Shown here piece by piece: positions 41,645-51,554 of a DNA stretch of 64,000 nucleotides; the first letter of the stretch is position 1, and each line of letters opens with the position of its first letter. The translations under genes and the position numbers were made by a program. This stretch comes from Myxococcota bacterium (GTDB taxonomy: Bacteria > Myxococcota_A > UBA9160 > UBA4427). Location: the NCBI GenBank assembly GCA_050618075.1, contig JBNLVL010000013.1, positions 2,963 to 66,962 on the forward strand, given 5' to 3'. A model generated the notes under the pieces. It saw only the letters and a list, made by a program, of their open reading frames with translations. It made no database searches and had not been told where the DNA came from.

Positions 41645-43147
41645 ATGGGGGAGCCCAGGTTGCAGCTGTATCTGATCCGACACGGACGGGGGGTTCCCCG
41701 GAGCCACTGGCAGCCGCCGCCGGGCCTCGGGGACGACCGCAAGACCGAGCGGACGACCGACCCGGGTCGCGACGACCGCTGGCGGCCTCTCTCCCAGCGC
41801 GGCCGCGAGCAGGCGTGGGCCCTGGTGCCCGAGCTCGCGCCGCGCAGACCCGAACGCATCCTCAGCGGACCGGCCCGCCGCTGCCGGGAGACGGTCCAGC
41901 CCCTCGCCGAGTTCCTCGGACTGCCCGTCGAGGTCCACCCCGGCCTGGACCAGGCGGCCTCCGAGAGCGAGCGGGTGGCCGTCCTCGAGTCCCTGGGCGA
42001 GACGCCCACGGTCGCGTGCACCCATTCGCCGGTCATCGCCTGCCTGCTCGACGTTCTCGAGGTGCAGCACGACGGCGAGATCCCCAGCGCGTCGCCCACC
42101 CGCAAGGGCGCCTGCTGGCAGCTCTTCGGTCCGGGCCTGGGCCCCCTGCGCGCGCGCTACATCGAGCCGCGCTCGGACCGCGGCCACGGCGGTCCCGCGC
42201 CGAGCGCGGCCCGGCGCGCGGCCGTCCTCGACCTCGGCAGCACCAGCTTCCACATGCTGGTCGCCGAGTGGTCGCCCGACTCGGGGCTCCGGGAGGTGGC
42301 CCGCAGCAAGTCCATGCTGCGGCTCGGCGCGGCCATGGTGGGCGGCGGCCCCATCCCGGAGCGCGCCGTCAAGCGCGCCTTGACCGCGCTGCGGCGGCTG
42401 CGGGACGTGGCCGAGCGCGAGAAGGCCGAGGACCTGTGGCCGGTGGCCACGGCGGCCCTGCGCGACGCGCCGAACGGCGCGCGGGTCGCCCAGGAGATCT
42501 CCTCGGCGCTCGACACCCCGGTGCGCATCCTGTCGGGTCAGGAAGAGGCGCGGGTCATCTTCCGCGCCTTCCAGCAACGGCTCGACCTGGCCGACCAGCC
42601 GCTGCTGGGTCTTGACCTGGGCGGCGGCAGCCTCGAGCTGGCTTCGGGCCACGGTCGCCACGTGCAGTCCGAGGTCACCCTGCCCCTGGGTGCGGTGCGG
42701 CTGCGCCACGAGGTGGGCGGCGGGGACCCGATGTCCGGCGACGACATCGCCAGGCTCCGCGACCACGTGCGGCGGGCGCTCGAGCCCCATCGGGACGCCC
42801 TGCTGCGCCCCGGCGGCGCGGGGCTGCCCCGGGCCGTGGCCTGCGGAGGCACGATCCGCGCCCTGGCCAGCCTGCTCGGCGCCCGCGACGGCTACGCCTC
42901 GATGTTGCGGGAGGACGTCCCGGCAGAGGACATCGAAGCCCTGGCCATGCACCTGGCCCGCGCCTCCCACGACGACCGGATCGCGATGAAGGGCATGCGC
43001 AAGCGCCGCGTCGACATCCTGCCCACCGGCGCCCTGGTCGTCGCCGAGGTCGTGCGCGTCCTCGGGCTGTCGGAGATCACGTTCTGTGACTGGGGTCTCA
43101 GGCAGGGCATCCTCCTCGAGTCCCTCGCCGGCCCGGCCTGCGGCTGA
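41645..43147 (+). CDS. histidine-phosphatase (SixA-like) fused to Ppx/GppA exopolyphosphatase
   Basis: LYLIRHG..RPLS..G..RCRETVQPL..ACTH; then AVLDLGSTSF, ATAALRDAPN, SGQEEAR, DLGGGSLE, GLRQG. Confidence 0.88.
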   Translation: MGEPRLQLYLIRHGRGVPRSHWQPPPGLGDDRKTERTTDPGRDDRWRPLSQRGREQAWALVPELAPRRPERILSGPARRCRETVQPLAEFLGLPVEVHPGLDQAASESERVAVLESLGETPTVACTHSPVIACLLDVLEVQHDGEIPSASPTRKGACWQLFGPGLGPLRARYIEPRSDRGHGGPAPSAARRAAVLDLGSTSFHMLVAEWSPDSGLREVARSKSMLRLGAAMVGGGPIPERAVKRALTALRRLRDVAEREKAEDLWPVATAALRDAPNGARVAQEISSALDTPVRILSGQEEARVIFRAFQQRLDLADQPLLGLDLGGGSLELASGHGRHVQSEVTLPLGAVRLRHEVGGGDPMSGDDIARLRDHVRRALEPHRDALLRPGGAGLPRAVACGGTIRALASLLGARDGYASMLREDVPAEDIEALAMHLARASHDDRIAMKGMRKRRVDILPTGALVVAEVVRVLGLSEITFCDWGLRQGILLESLAGPACG

Positions 43148-43382
43148 GCGTCGCGCTGGCGCCGGCTCCGCGCCGGGGCCGCCCGAAGGCCCCTCCCCCT
43201 GCCGTCTTCGTTTCGTCACGCGTTCGCCCCGGCGGCGTCGACCGGCCCTCGCTCGCGCGACACGATCCGGCGTCGGATCGGCGCCGAGTCGTCACCCGAT
43301 CGTACCCATGGCGGAACCCCTCCGTTCCGAAGCGCCGTTAGCGTCCCAGGGTGTAAACGGAGCTCTGCGGAGGGAATCCGTC

Positions 43383-44543
43383 ATGCGAATCGCAATCGTC
43401 ACCGAAGTCTTCCTGCCGAAAGTCGATGGCATCACCAATCGGCTGGCCAACACCGTACGTTGTCTGGTCGAGCAGGGTCACGAGGTCCTGCTGATCGCGC
43501 CGGAGACCGCGGTCGAGCGTCACGCGGGAGCGCGCGTGGTGCGGGTGCCGGGCGTTCCGTTCCCGCCCTACCCCGGGCTGCAGATCGCCGCGCCCGACCC
43601 CCGCATCGCCTGGGAGCTCTGGCAGTTCGATCCCCAGGTGGTGCACGTGGTCGGCCCGGCGTGTCTCGGGCTGTGGGGCATGGCCGCGGCGCGCGGGCTC
43701 GGCCTGCCGGTCGTCGCGTCGTACCACACCGACCTGCCGGCCTACATGCCCGAGTTCGGACTCGGCTGGGCCCAGCCGGCCATCTGGCCGATGATCCGGC
43801 GGGTCCACAACGCGGCCCACCTGAACCTCTGCCCGTCGCGCCACACCCGGGACGAGCTGCGGGAGCACGGCGTCGAGAACGTGGGCCTGTGGCGGGGCGG
43901 GGTCGACACCGACCTCTTCTCGCCCTCGCGGCGCTCGATCCACATGCGGATGAAGATGACCGGCGGCCGTCCCGACGGACCGGTCGGGCTCTATGTGGGC
44001 CGGATCTCCCCGGAGAAGAACCTCGCCCGCCTGGGCGAGGCGCTCGATGCGGTGCCCGACCTGCGTCTGGCCCTGGTGGGCGACGGTCCGGGGCGAGCGC
44101 AGCTCGAGCGCACGCTGCCCGCCGACCGGGTCACCTTCATGGGCTTCATGGGAGGCGAGGAGCTGGCCCGCGCCTTCGCCAGCGCCGACGTCTTCATGAT
44201 GCCGTCGACCACCGAGACCCTGGGGTTCGTGGTGCTCGAGGCCATGAGCTCCGGAGCCCCGGTGGTGGCGGCCCGCGCCGGGGGGATCCCCGACCTGGTG
44301 CAGGACGGACACAACGGACTGCTGTACGAGCCCTGGGAGAAAGGCGCCCTGGGCCACGCCGTGGGCGAGCTGCTGCGCCGGGACGCCATGCGCCGCCACC
44401 TCTCGATCCAGGGCCGCAAGTTCGCCGAGGCGGGCTCGTGGAGCGAGGAGACCCGGCAGCTCGTCTTCGACTACCGCAAGGCGATCATCATCGCGAACCG
44501 CGGCGGCCGCCTGAAGAAGCTCCTCCGGGTCCTGGTCGGCTGA
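43383..44543 (+). CDS. GT4 glycosyltransferase (SqdX/MgtA-like)
   Basis: MRIAIVTEVFLPKVDGI, SYHT, YVGRISPEKN, ETLGFVVLEAM. Confidence 0.9.
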   Translation: MRIAIVTEVFLPKVDGITNRLANTVRCLVEQGHEVLLIAPETAVERHAGARVVRVPGVPFPPYPGLQIAAPDPRIAWELWQFDPQVVHVVGPACLGLWGMAAARGLGLPVVASYHTDLPAYMPEFGLGWAQPAIWPMIRRVHNAAHLNLCPSRHTRDELREHGVENVGLWRGGVDTDLFSPSRRSIHMRMKMTGGRPDGPVGLYVGRISPEKNLARLGEALDAVPDLRLALVGDGPGRAQLERTLPADRVTFMGFMGGEELARAFASADVFMMPSTTETLGFVVLEAMSSGAPVVAARAGGIPDLVQDGHNGLLYEPWEKGALGHAVGELLRRDAMRRHLSIQGRKFAEAGSWSEETRQLVFDYRKAIIIANRGGRLKKLLRVLVG

Positions 44544-44577
44544 GCCGGGCCCCCGGCGCCGCGGCCGGGGGGCTCAG
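44542..44577. terminator. GC hairpin between convergent genes (possible bidirectional terminator)
   Basis: CCCCCGGC-GCCGCG-GCCGGGGG stem between two stop codons; no U-tract. Confidence 0.45.
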
Positions 44578-45089
44578 CGTCCCCAGTGGGCGCGCAGCAG
44601 CATCTCGTCCTCGCTGTAGCGGAGGTCCAGATCCCCGCCGTAGGCGTGCTGGACCCCCTCGCCGATGGCGCGCGCCAGGTGCATGTCCGTGGTGGTGATC
44701 TCGATCCGGTCCTCCCGGACCTCCAGCTCGATGATCCGCTTCAGCGGATGCTCCTTCTTCTCGCGCTCCTCGACGTTCCGGGCCAGGCCGACGATCTCCT
44801 GCTGGTGTGCGACCAGGAACGCGCCCTCGAGCGTCAGGTAGCCGCCCGGATAGCCGTCGCGAACCCGCTGGCAGGCGGGGCAGAGCTGTCGCGGCGCGTC
44901 CACGGGGCCTCGAGCCCAGGTCCAGCGTCCGCCCCGGAAGGTCGCCCCGCACTCCGGGCAGACCGTCGGCTCGCTGGGCTTCTTCGGCGCGCGGTAGGGA
45001 TCGTGCTCGTGGCCCTGGATCAGGCGGTCTCGGCGCCCGCCCTGTCCGCCCTGCCCGCCTTGCCTGCGCCCGCCGGGATCTCTCTGCAT
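44574..45089 (-). CDS. BCAM0308-family zinc-binding protein
   Basis: HDPY..CPECGA..GRWTW..CPACQR..PGGYLTLEG..HPLKRI..TTTDMHLARAIG; GAGGAGG RBS. Confidence 0.8.
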   Translation of the reverse strand: MQRDPGGRRQGGQGGQGGRRDRLIQGHEHDPYRAPKKPSEPTVCPECGATFRGGRWTWARGPVDAPRQLCPACQRVRDGYPGGYLTLEGAFLVAHQQEIVGLARNVEEREKKEHPLKRIIELEVREDRIEITTTDMHLARAIGEGVQHAYGGDLDLRYSEDEMLLRAHWGR

Positions 45090-45191
45090 GGGACGTCCTC
45101 CTCGTCCGTGTCCCCGTCAGTCTTGCACACGCGGCGCCAGACGGGGTCGAGAGCCTGAGTCGACCCTCGGCCCTGCTGCTAGGGTACGGGC

Positions 45192-46556
45192 GTGCCCTGC
45201 TGTGACCGCGCCCCGCGGCGAGCGATCTGGATTGCCGCATCGCTGATGCTTTGCGCCCCAGCATCGATGGCCGAGGTCACCCAGGCCGTCGATCGCTACG
45301 ACCCGTGGGAAGGCATGGACCCCAATGGACGGATCCCGGCCATCGAGAAGCCGGCCGACCTCCCCCACCCCGAGCGCTGGCGCTACATCCCCGAAGGCCG
45401 GATCAAGCCGGGCAACCTCTTCCAGCGCTTCCTGGTCTCGAGCTTCATCGTCCCGCTCTTCTTCCGCGACGCCGACGTGGGCATCGGCGGAGGCGTGGCC
45501 ATCACGGACATCGACTTCCGGGAGCAGCGGCGCCGGGAGTTCCTGGGCACGTTCCTCACCTACACGAGCGAGGGTCAGCAGAACTACTCGCTGGTCTGGC
45601 GGCGCTGGATGCACCACATCGACCGACCCGACGGCGGAGTCCTCCAGGAGGAGCGCAGCTTCTGGCGGGCCTCCGCCGGCTACAGCCGCACCCTCACCCG
45701 GCGCTTCTTCGGCCTGGGCTCCAACACCAACGAGCGCGACGAGTCGAGCTACACCGACGAGGTCTGGCGCGCCCAGTTCGGCTTCGAGATGTCGCTGCCC
45801 GACCCGGCCTCCAACTGGGTGGGCGGCGCCGCCCTCCGCGCGGAGCTCCACGAGCTGGGGGACGGACAGAAGTCGAGCGTCGACAAGATGAACGAGGCCT
45901 TCCCCCGCCTCTTCGACGACGCCGAGCACACCGATCTCGGCTACCTCGACGCGGAGCTCCGCTACGACACCCGCGACAGCCAGCGCAACCCGTACAAGGG
46001 GTGGTCCGTGGGCGGCAAGGTGGAGGCGGCGCTGATCCAGACCCACGCCGAGGTGGGCGCGATCTTCACGCTCGAGGGCAGCAAGATCTTTCCGGTGCCC
46101 GGCGTCTTCCATCGCAGTGGAGGCGACGACCGGGCCGGCGAGGAGAACCCGCCCACCGACGTCCTGGCCCTGGGGTTTCGCGCCCAGCAGGCCACCGGCG
46201 ACCTGCCCTTCTTCGCGCTGCCCCAGCTGGGGGGCTCGAACACCCTGCGCGGCTACATCGGAGGCCGCTTCCGGGGCGACAGCGCCTGGACGGGGACGGC
46301 CGAGTACCGTTTCTGGGTGTTGACCCGGGGCATTCCCATCTACGGCCCCATCCGCATCGAGCGCATCGGCCTGGCGGCCTTCTACGAGGCCGGCGCCGTG
46401 GCCGGCCACGCCAAGGCGCTCGCCCAGGCCGAGGTCCGCCACGTGGGCGGCGTGGGCTTCCGCATGCTGCTCGAGCGCGCGGCGCCCTTCCGGGTGGACC
46501 TGGGCTTCTCCGACGAGGGCATGGAAGTCACCGCCCGCTTCGGGCTGAGCTTCTAG
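45192..46556 (+). CDS. Omp85/BamA-TamA family outer-membrane barrel without obvious POTRA
   Basis: YDTRDSQRNP, LGGSNTLRGY, GGVGFR, C-terminal ARFGLSF; signal peptide. Confidence 0.85.
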   Translation: MPCCDRAPRRAIWIAASLMLCAPASMAEVTQAVDRYDPWEGMDPNGRIPAIEKPADLPHPERWRYIPEGRIKPGNLFQRFLVSSFIVPLFFRDADVGIGGGVAITDIDFREQRRREFLGTFLTYTSEGQQNYSLVWRRWMHHIDRPDGGVLQEERSFWRASAGYSRTLTRRFFGLGSNTNERDESSYTDEVWRAQFGFEMSLPDPASNWVGGAALRAELHELGDGQKSSVDKMNEAFPRLFDDAEHTDLGYLDAELRYDTRDSQRNPYKGWSVGGKVEAALIQTHAEVGAIFTLEGSKIFPVPGVFHRSGGDDRAGEENPPTDVLALGFRAQQATGDLPFFALPQLGGSNTLRGYIGGRFRGDSAWTGTAEYRFWVLTRGIPIYGPIRIERIGLAAFYEAGAVAGHAKALAQAEVRHVGGVGFRMLLERAAPFRVDLGFSDEGMEVTARFGLSF

Positions 46557-46570
46557 GAGCGAACGAGGGC

Positions 46571-47872
46571 GTGACGAAACCGATCCCCGAGCCGTCCCAC
46601 TGGCCCACCGAAGTGGACGGACCCGACGGCTGGACGTACTGGGAGAACGCCTCCCCGCGCTTCGCGTTCGCCGTCCACCCGCGCGACCGCGCCGGCTTCG
46701 GGCGCGCCTGGCGGCGCCTCGGCCCGGACCTGGCGGCCCATCGGCCGGAGCTGGTGGTGCTGCTGCCCTTCCGGCGCGCCCCGACCCTCGACCATCCGAG
46801 CCGGCGGCGCATCCACTCCTTCGGAGTGGCCGACCTGGACGCCCGGGCCATCGCGCGCCTCCACGGCGACGCGCCCCGGGACGAGTGGGCCTACCGCAGC
46901 TGTCGCGACGCCCTGGGCTGCGGCCCGTCCGGACGCGCGGCGCGGCTGCTGGTGCGCGAGCTCCCGCCGGCGAGGTGGTCGCAGAGGCTGCGGAGCGCCC
47001 TGGGCGTTCCGGGCTACCGGCGGCTCGCCGAGCCGCGCATCGATCCGGCGCCGGATCCCGCGGTCATGGTCGTCCCCCACGCCGGCGACCTCGAGCCCCT
47101 GGAGGCGCTGCTCGGGCTGCTCGAGCACGCGCGCCCCCCGTCGCTCCGGGTGGTCGTGGGCTTCGACGAGCCGGTGGGCGCCGAGCACCTTGCCCTCGTC
47201 GAGCACTTCGGGCGCTTCGGGTTCTGGTCGATCGATCCCCACGGCGGCGGCCCCTACGTGTTCCGCGCCTTCGTCGCCGAGCGGGCCCCCGAGCCCTGGG
47301 TGATCTTCCAGGACTCCGACGACGTGCCCTGCATCGACCGTCTGCCCGCGCTGCGCGGCGAGGCCCGCGCGTGCGACGTGCTCGGCAGCTGGGAGCTGCA
47401 GGTCGACGAGCGCCGGGGCCAGCTGAAGGTCGTCCGGTTCCCGGTGGAGGCGGACGCCGCCATCCGTCGCTCGGGCACCACCGCCCAGCTGCATCCGACC
47501 ACGATCGCCCGCACCCGCGCCCTGGCCGAGGCCGGCGGCCTCTCCACCGCCCACCGCTTCGCCGCCGACCGCGAGATCCAGCTGCGCATGGCCTTCGACC
47601 ACTCGCTCCGCAACCTCGACCGGGTGCTCTACGTGCGGGCGCGCCGGGAGGGATCGCTCAGCACCGCGCCGGGCAGCGCGGTGCGCAGCGACGCCCGGGC
47701 GGTCCTGCGCGAGCGCTGGGATCGCGCCTTCCGGGCCGTGCGCGACGGCGGCGCGTCGCTGGCCGACGGCGGCCTGGGCCCCAGCCACGGCGATCGCGAG
47801 ATCGCCTTCACCGAGCTGCGATCCGGGCGCGTCGAGCGCGTCCGCTTCGGAGCCGACCCGGGCGACGGGTAG
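46571..47872 (+). CDS. GT2/GT-A-fold glycosyltransferase-like protein with N-terminal extension
   Basis: VVVGFD, GPYVFR, IFQDSDD, HPT, GGLS..FAADRE; GTG after GAGGG. Confidence 0.65.
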   Translation: MTKPIPEPSHWPTEVDGPDGWTYWENASPRFAFAVHPRDRAGFGRAWRRLGPDLAAHRPELVVLLPFRRAPTLDHPSRRRIHSFGVADLDARAIARLHGDAPRDEWAYRSCRDALGCGPSGRAARLLVRELPPARWSQRLRSALGVPGYRRLAEPRIDPAPDPAVMVVPHAGDLEPLEALLGLLEHARPPSLRVVVGFDEPVGAEHLALVEHFGRFGFWSIDPHGGGPYVFRAFVAERAPEPWVIFQDSDDVPCIDRLPALRGEARACDVLGSWELQVDERRGQLKVVRFPVEADAAIRRSGTTAQLHPTTIARTRALAEAGGLSTAHRFAADREIQLRMAFDHSLRNLDRVLYVRARREGSLSTAPGSAVRSDARAVLRERWDRAFRAVRDGGASLADGGLGPSHGDREIAFTELRSGRVERVRFGADPGDG

Positions 47873-47924
47873 CCCGCGCGGGTCCGGCCATGTCATGCTG
47901 GCCCCGGGTCGAAAGGAGGATCCC

Positions 47925-49157
47925 TTGAGCGATGCCACCCCCGGCGCTCCGGCCGCAGGAGCCGCGTCCGGCGACCGTGCAGCCGCAGCCGCGTCCGGCC
48001 AGGACGTGGTCGTCCACGGGCACTGCGATCCCCGCTTCGAATCCGTGCGCGAGACCTTCGCCCGGAGCTTCACCCGGGGCGAGGTCGGCGCCGCGGTGTC
48101 CGTGGTGATCGACGGCGAGTCCAGGGTCGACCTCTGGGCCGGCCACCGCGACGCCGCGCGCACCCGGCCCTGGGAGCGGGACACCATCGTCAACACCTAC
48201 TCGACCACCAAGGGGATGACGGCGATCTGCGCCCACCAGCTGGTGGAGCGCGGCCTGCTCGACCTCGACGCCCCGGTGGCGGAGTACTGGCCCGAGTTCG
48301 CCCGGGCGGGCAAGCAGGACATTCCGGTGCGCTGGCTCCTCAGCCACCGGGCCGGCCTGGCGGCCATCCGCAAGCCGCTGCCCGAGGGCGCGGTGACCGA
48401 CTGGGAGCTCATGATCGAGGCCCTGGCCGAGCAGGAGCCGTGGTGGACGCCGGGCGAGAAGCACGGCTACCACGCCCTCACCTTCGGCCACCTGGTGGGC
48501 GAGGTGGTCCGCCGCATCAGCGGCCGCAGCCTCGGCACCTGGTTCCGCGAAGAGGTGGCCGGGCCCCTGGGCGTCGACTTCATGATCGGCTTCGGCCCCG
48601 AGCACGACGACCGCTGCGCCGAGATGATTCCTCCGCCGAAGACCCCGGGCGTGCCGAACCCCCTGGCGGCCGGACGCACGAACCCCGACTCGCTGCTGGG
48701 CAAGGTCTTCGGAAACCCCGACCCGGGTCCCAGGGGCGCGAACACCCGCGCCTGGCGCGCGGCGGAGATCCCGGCCGGCGGCGGACACGGCGACGCCCGC
48801 GGCCTGGCCCGTGTCTACGGCGCGCTGGCCCGCGGCGGCGAGATCGACGGCGTGCGGATCCTCGGCCGGGAGTCCATCGATCGCGCCACCACCGAGCAGT
48901 CGTTCGGCCCCGACGAGGTGTTGAAGCCGCTGCAGACCCGGTTCGGCCTGGGCTTCATGCTGACCCAGCCCATGATCCCGTTCGGTCCGAATCCGCGCTC
49001 GTTCGGCCACCCCGGCGCCGGCGGATCCATCGCCTTCGCCGACCCGGACACCGGGCTGGGCTTCGGCTACGTGATGAACCAGATGTCCATGGGACTGGGG
49101 GGCGGGATGTTCGGATTCGCCCTGATCCACCAGGTGTACGAGTCGCTGCGGGACTGA
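47925..49157 (+). CDS. serine hydrolase / esterase (EstA, beta-lactamase family)
   Basis: STTK, LLSHRAGL, GYHALTFG, FGHPGAGGS; AAAGGAGG RBS before TTG 47925. Confidence 0.92.
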   Translation: MSDATPGAPAAGAASGDRAAAAASGQDVVVHGHCDPRFESVRETFARSFTRGEVGAAVSVVIDGESRVDLWAGHRDAARTRPWERDTIVNTYSTTKGMTAICAHQLVERGLLDLDAPVAEYWPEFARAGKQDIPVRWLLSHRAGLAAIRKPLPEGAVTDWELMIEALAEQEPWWTPGEKHGYHALTFGHLVGEVVRRISGRSLGTWFREEVAGPLGVDFMIGFGPEHDDRCAEMIPPPKTPGVPNPLAAGRTNPDSLLGKVFGNPDPGPRGANTRAWRAAEIPAGGGHGDARGLARVYGALARGGEIDGVRILGRESIDRATTEQSFGPDEVLKPLQTRFGLGFMLTQPMIPFGPNPRSFGHPGAGGSIAFADPDTGLGFGYVMNQMSMGLGGGMFGFALIHQVYESLRD

Positions 49158-49175
49158 GACGACTCGGGGCCGGAC

Positions 49176-50609
49176 TCAGTCGCCGCGCAGCGCCTCGAAC
49201 TCCCTCATTCGGGAGACCTCGCGCAACAGCTCGTGGAGACGCGGGTTCTGGCGCGCGATCTTCATGAGCCGCCCGTGGGAGAGCGCGAACAGCCAGGCCT
49301 TGCCGCGGGCCACGACGTTGGCGGTGGCGGGCTGGGCGCACAGCGCCGAGAACTCGCCGCACAGCTCGCCGTGGCCCAGGGTCGCCAGCACCTTCTCGCC
49401 CCGGGGCCCCTCCTCGACCACGTCGAGGCTGCCGGCGAGCACCACGTAGAGCCCCTGGTCGGGAAGCCCCTGTCGGATCACCACGGCGCCGTCCTGGACC
49501 TCGAGCATCCGGAACTGGCGGGCGAAGGCGCCGCGGCGGGCGCGGCCGAAGACCGCGAACAGCGGGTTGGTGCGCACCAGCCGGTCCACCATGCGGACCC
49601 GCAGGGTGCGCAGCAGCAGCGAGAGCGCCTCGGGGTGGGCCTTGGTCAGCTCCCAGACCTGGGGACGGTCGACGGCCAGCAGCCGGGTCTCGACCAGGGT
49701 GCGGACGGTGGCGTTGCGGGTCCGGTCGGTGAGCAGGCCGATCTCGCCGAAGAAGTCCCCGCTCTCGAGGACCCCCATGCGCAGGCCGCTGCTGAGGTTG
49801 CCGACGATCTCCTCGGCCACCGGCACCACCGCGCCCTCGAGAATGACGAACAGACGGTCGGCCCGATCGCCCTGGCGGAAGACCGTGGCGTCGGCCGGCA
49901 GGTCGACGATCTCGGCCCGCGACATCAGCGCCCGGGCCCCGCTGTCGCCGAGGGCGCGGAAGAGCGCGCCCTTGAGGTGCTGGGCCTGGGTCTCGTCGGG
50001 CGCCGCGTGGGGTGCGGGGAGGTTCTCCGGTCGCAGCTCCGCGGGCTCCACCACGTCTTCCAGCTCGAGGTCGAGGCTGGACGCCGACTCGGCCGGATCG
50101 AACTCCAGGGGGATCTCCGCGGCCTCGCCGGACAGGGCGTCGGCTGCGGGCCGGGCCTCGGGCACCACCTCGGTCAGGACCAGCTCGTCCATGGGTGCGT
50201 CGCCGCTGGCCGCGGCGCCGGCGCCGGCCAGGTCGATCCACGGCGACTCGACGGAGCCGGGCTCGCCGGAGCCCACCGCCGACTCGGTCGGCACCTCGTA
50301 GAGCAGCTGGAGCCGGTCCTGGGTCTCCACGTGGTCGGGGTCGAGATCGAGGATGCGCTTGCAGGTGGCGATGGCCCGCACCACCTGCCCGGCCTCGACC
50401 TGGAGCTCGGCCGCCTGGACCAGGGCCGCCAGCTCCGCCTCGGGCTGGCCCAGCTGGCGGTAGATCTCGGCCCGCCGCTTGGGCCAGGTGGGATCCTTGG
50501 GATCGCCCTTGGAGAGCTTGCCCAGGATCTCCAGGGCCCGGGGCCGGTCGCCGTCGGCGAGCGCGGTCTCGAGGGCGTCGATCCAGCGAAGAATCCGGTC
50601 CTTGGCCAT
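49176..50609 (-). CDS. TPR plus tandem cyclic-nucleotide-binding domain protein
   Basis: N-terminal TPR; FRQGD..FFGEIGLL..RNATV; second domain IRQG..GEFSAL..ATANV. Confidence 0.88.
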   Translation of the reverse strand: MAKDRILRWIDALETALADGDRPRALEILGKLSKGDPKDPTWPKRRAEIYRQLGQPEAELAALVQAAELQVEAGQVVRAIATCKRILDLDPDHVETQDRLQLLYEVPTESAVGSGEPGSVESPWIDLAGAGAAASGDAPMDELVLTEVVPEARPAADALSGEAAEIPLEFDPAESASSLDLELEDVVEPAELRPENLPAPHAAPDETQAQHLKGALFRALGDSGARALMSRAEIVDLPADATVFRQGDRADRLFVILEGAVVPVAEEIVGNLSSGLRMGVLESGDFFGEIGLLTDRTRNATVRTLVETRLLAVDRPQVWELTKAHPEALSLLLRTLRVRMVDRLVRTNPLFAVFGRARRGAFARQFRMLEVQDGAVVIRQGLPDQGLYVVLAGSLDVVEEGPRGEKVLATLGHGELCGEFSALCAQPATANVVARGKAWLFALSHGRLMKIARQNPRLHELLREVSRMREFEALRGD

Positions 50610-50682
50610 GGCTCCCTCATCGAAGAGCCGGGGCCGCGGCTTGATTCCCGAGACGGGTGGGCTCCCCCGATGGGGACCCCGG

Positions 50683-51423
50683 TCAGCGTCGCCGGCGCGC
50701 GCCCATGAGCGCCAGGCCCAGACCGAGCAGCCAAACCGTGGAGGGCTCGGGGATCACCCCACCCACCGTCTCCGAATCGGTGCCCTGGACGAAGTCCGTC
50801 CCCTGGACGTGGGCCGCGACGTTCACCTCGATGCCTCCCCCCTGAGCGAAGGAGCTCTCGTCGAGGTCGGAGATGGAGAGGATCTCGTCGGCGCCGAGAG
50901 TGAAGCTCGCGAAGGTGAGCTGGCCGTTGCCCGGAGGCCCGGCGCCGTTGCCGAAGTTCACGCCGTAGTCGAAGCTGCTGCCCGCTCCCCCGGCGACCGA
51001 GGGGCTGGTCGACAGGGAGTACCCGGTCGTCGGGGCGTTGGTGTCGAGGATCGACACGTTCGTAAAGGATCCAACCAGATTGAAATAGAACTCGTGGAGG
51101 TCGGGATCCCCGCCGAGCGCGTCGGTCAGCGTGATCTCGAAGTCGAGGTCGCCGCCGTTCTCGCTGATGTCCACGGTGCCGAAGTGGCCCTCGGTGCCGT
51201 CGTCGAACTCGACGTCCAGGGAGAAGGACACGGCCGCCGCCGGGCCGGCGGCCAGCAACCCGAGGCAGGCGAGCAGGGGGGCCGCCACGGAGAAGCGCGG
51301 ACCGCGGCGGCGCGCGGCTCGGGGTTCCAGTTCCAGGGATTCCGGTGCCAAGAGATTCCACCTTTCGGCCTGCTGGCCGGCTCGGATTCGCGGCCCGAGC
51401 GCCCACGCGGTGTGGGGGTGCAC
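50683..51423 (-). CDS. PEP-CTERM sorting-domain surface protein
   Basis: C-terminal IPEPSTVWLLGLGLALMGARRRR; signal ..LLAAGPAAA. True start is probably downstream of 51423. Confidence 0.88.
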   Translation of the reverse strand: MHPHTAWALGPRIRAGQQAERWNLLAPESLELEPRAARRRGPRFSVAAPLLACLGLLAAGPAAAVSFSLDVEFDDGTEGHFGTVDISENGGDLDFEITLTDALGGDPDLHEFYFNLVGSFTNVSILDTNAPTTGYSLSTSPSVAGGAGSSFDYGVNFGNGAGPPGNGQLTFASFTLGADEILSISDLDESSFAQGGGIEVNVAAHVQGTDFVQGTDSETVGGVIPEPSTVWLLGLGLALMGARRRR

Positions 51424-51517
51424 GGATCCTGATCGGGAGGTGGTCTCCTCGAGGCCGATGTGTCCGAGAAAGTGCAGGGAAGCGGAAGATTGCCGGAAAA
51501 TTCTAATTTCGAATTTG

Positions 51518-51546
51518 TTGCTTTTATTTTCGAATCCAACTAGGCT
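51518..51546 (+). promoter_or_regulatory. sigma-70-type promoter TTGCTT-N17-TAGGCT for the HxlR gene (probably leaderless)
   Basis: Exact 17-nt spacer; -10 ends 8 nt before GTG 51555; conspicuous AT-rich patch. Confidence 0.65.
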
Positions 51547-51554
51547 GATCGACC

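Noticed and set aside
51335..51351. Sigma-54 promoter for the PEP-CTERM gene (TGGCAC on minus strand)
   Set aside because: The -12 position reads TCCC rather than TTGC. The TGGCACG near 13537 fails in the same way.
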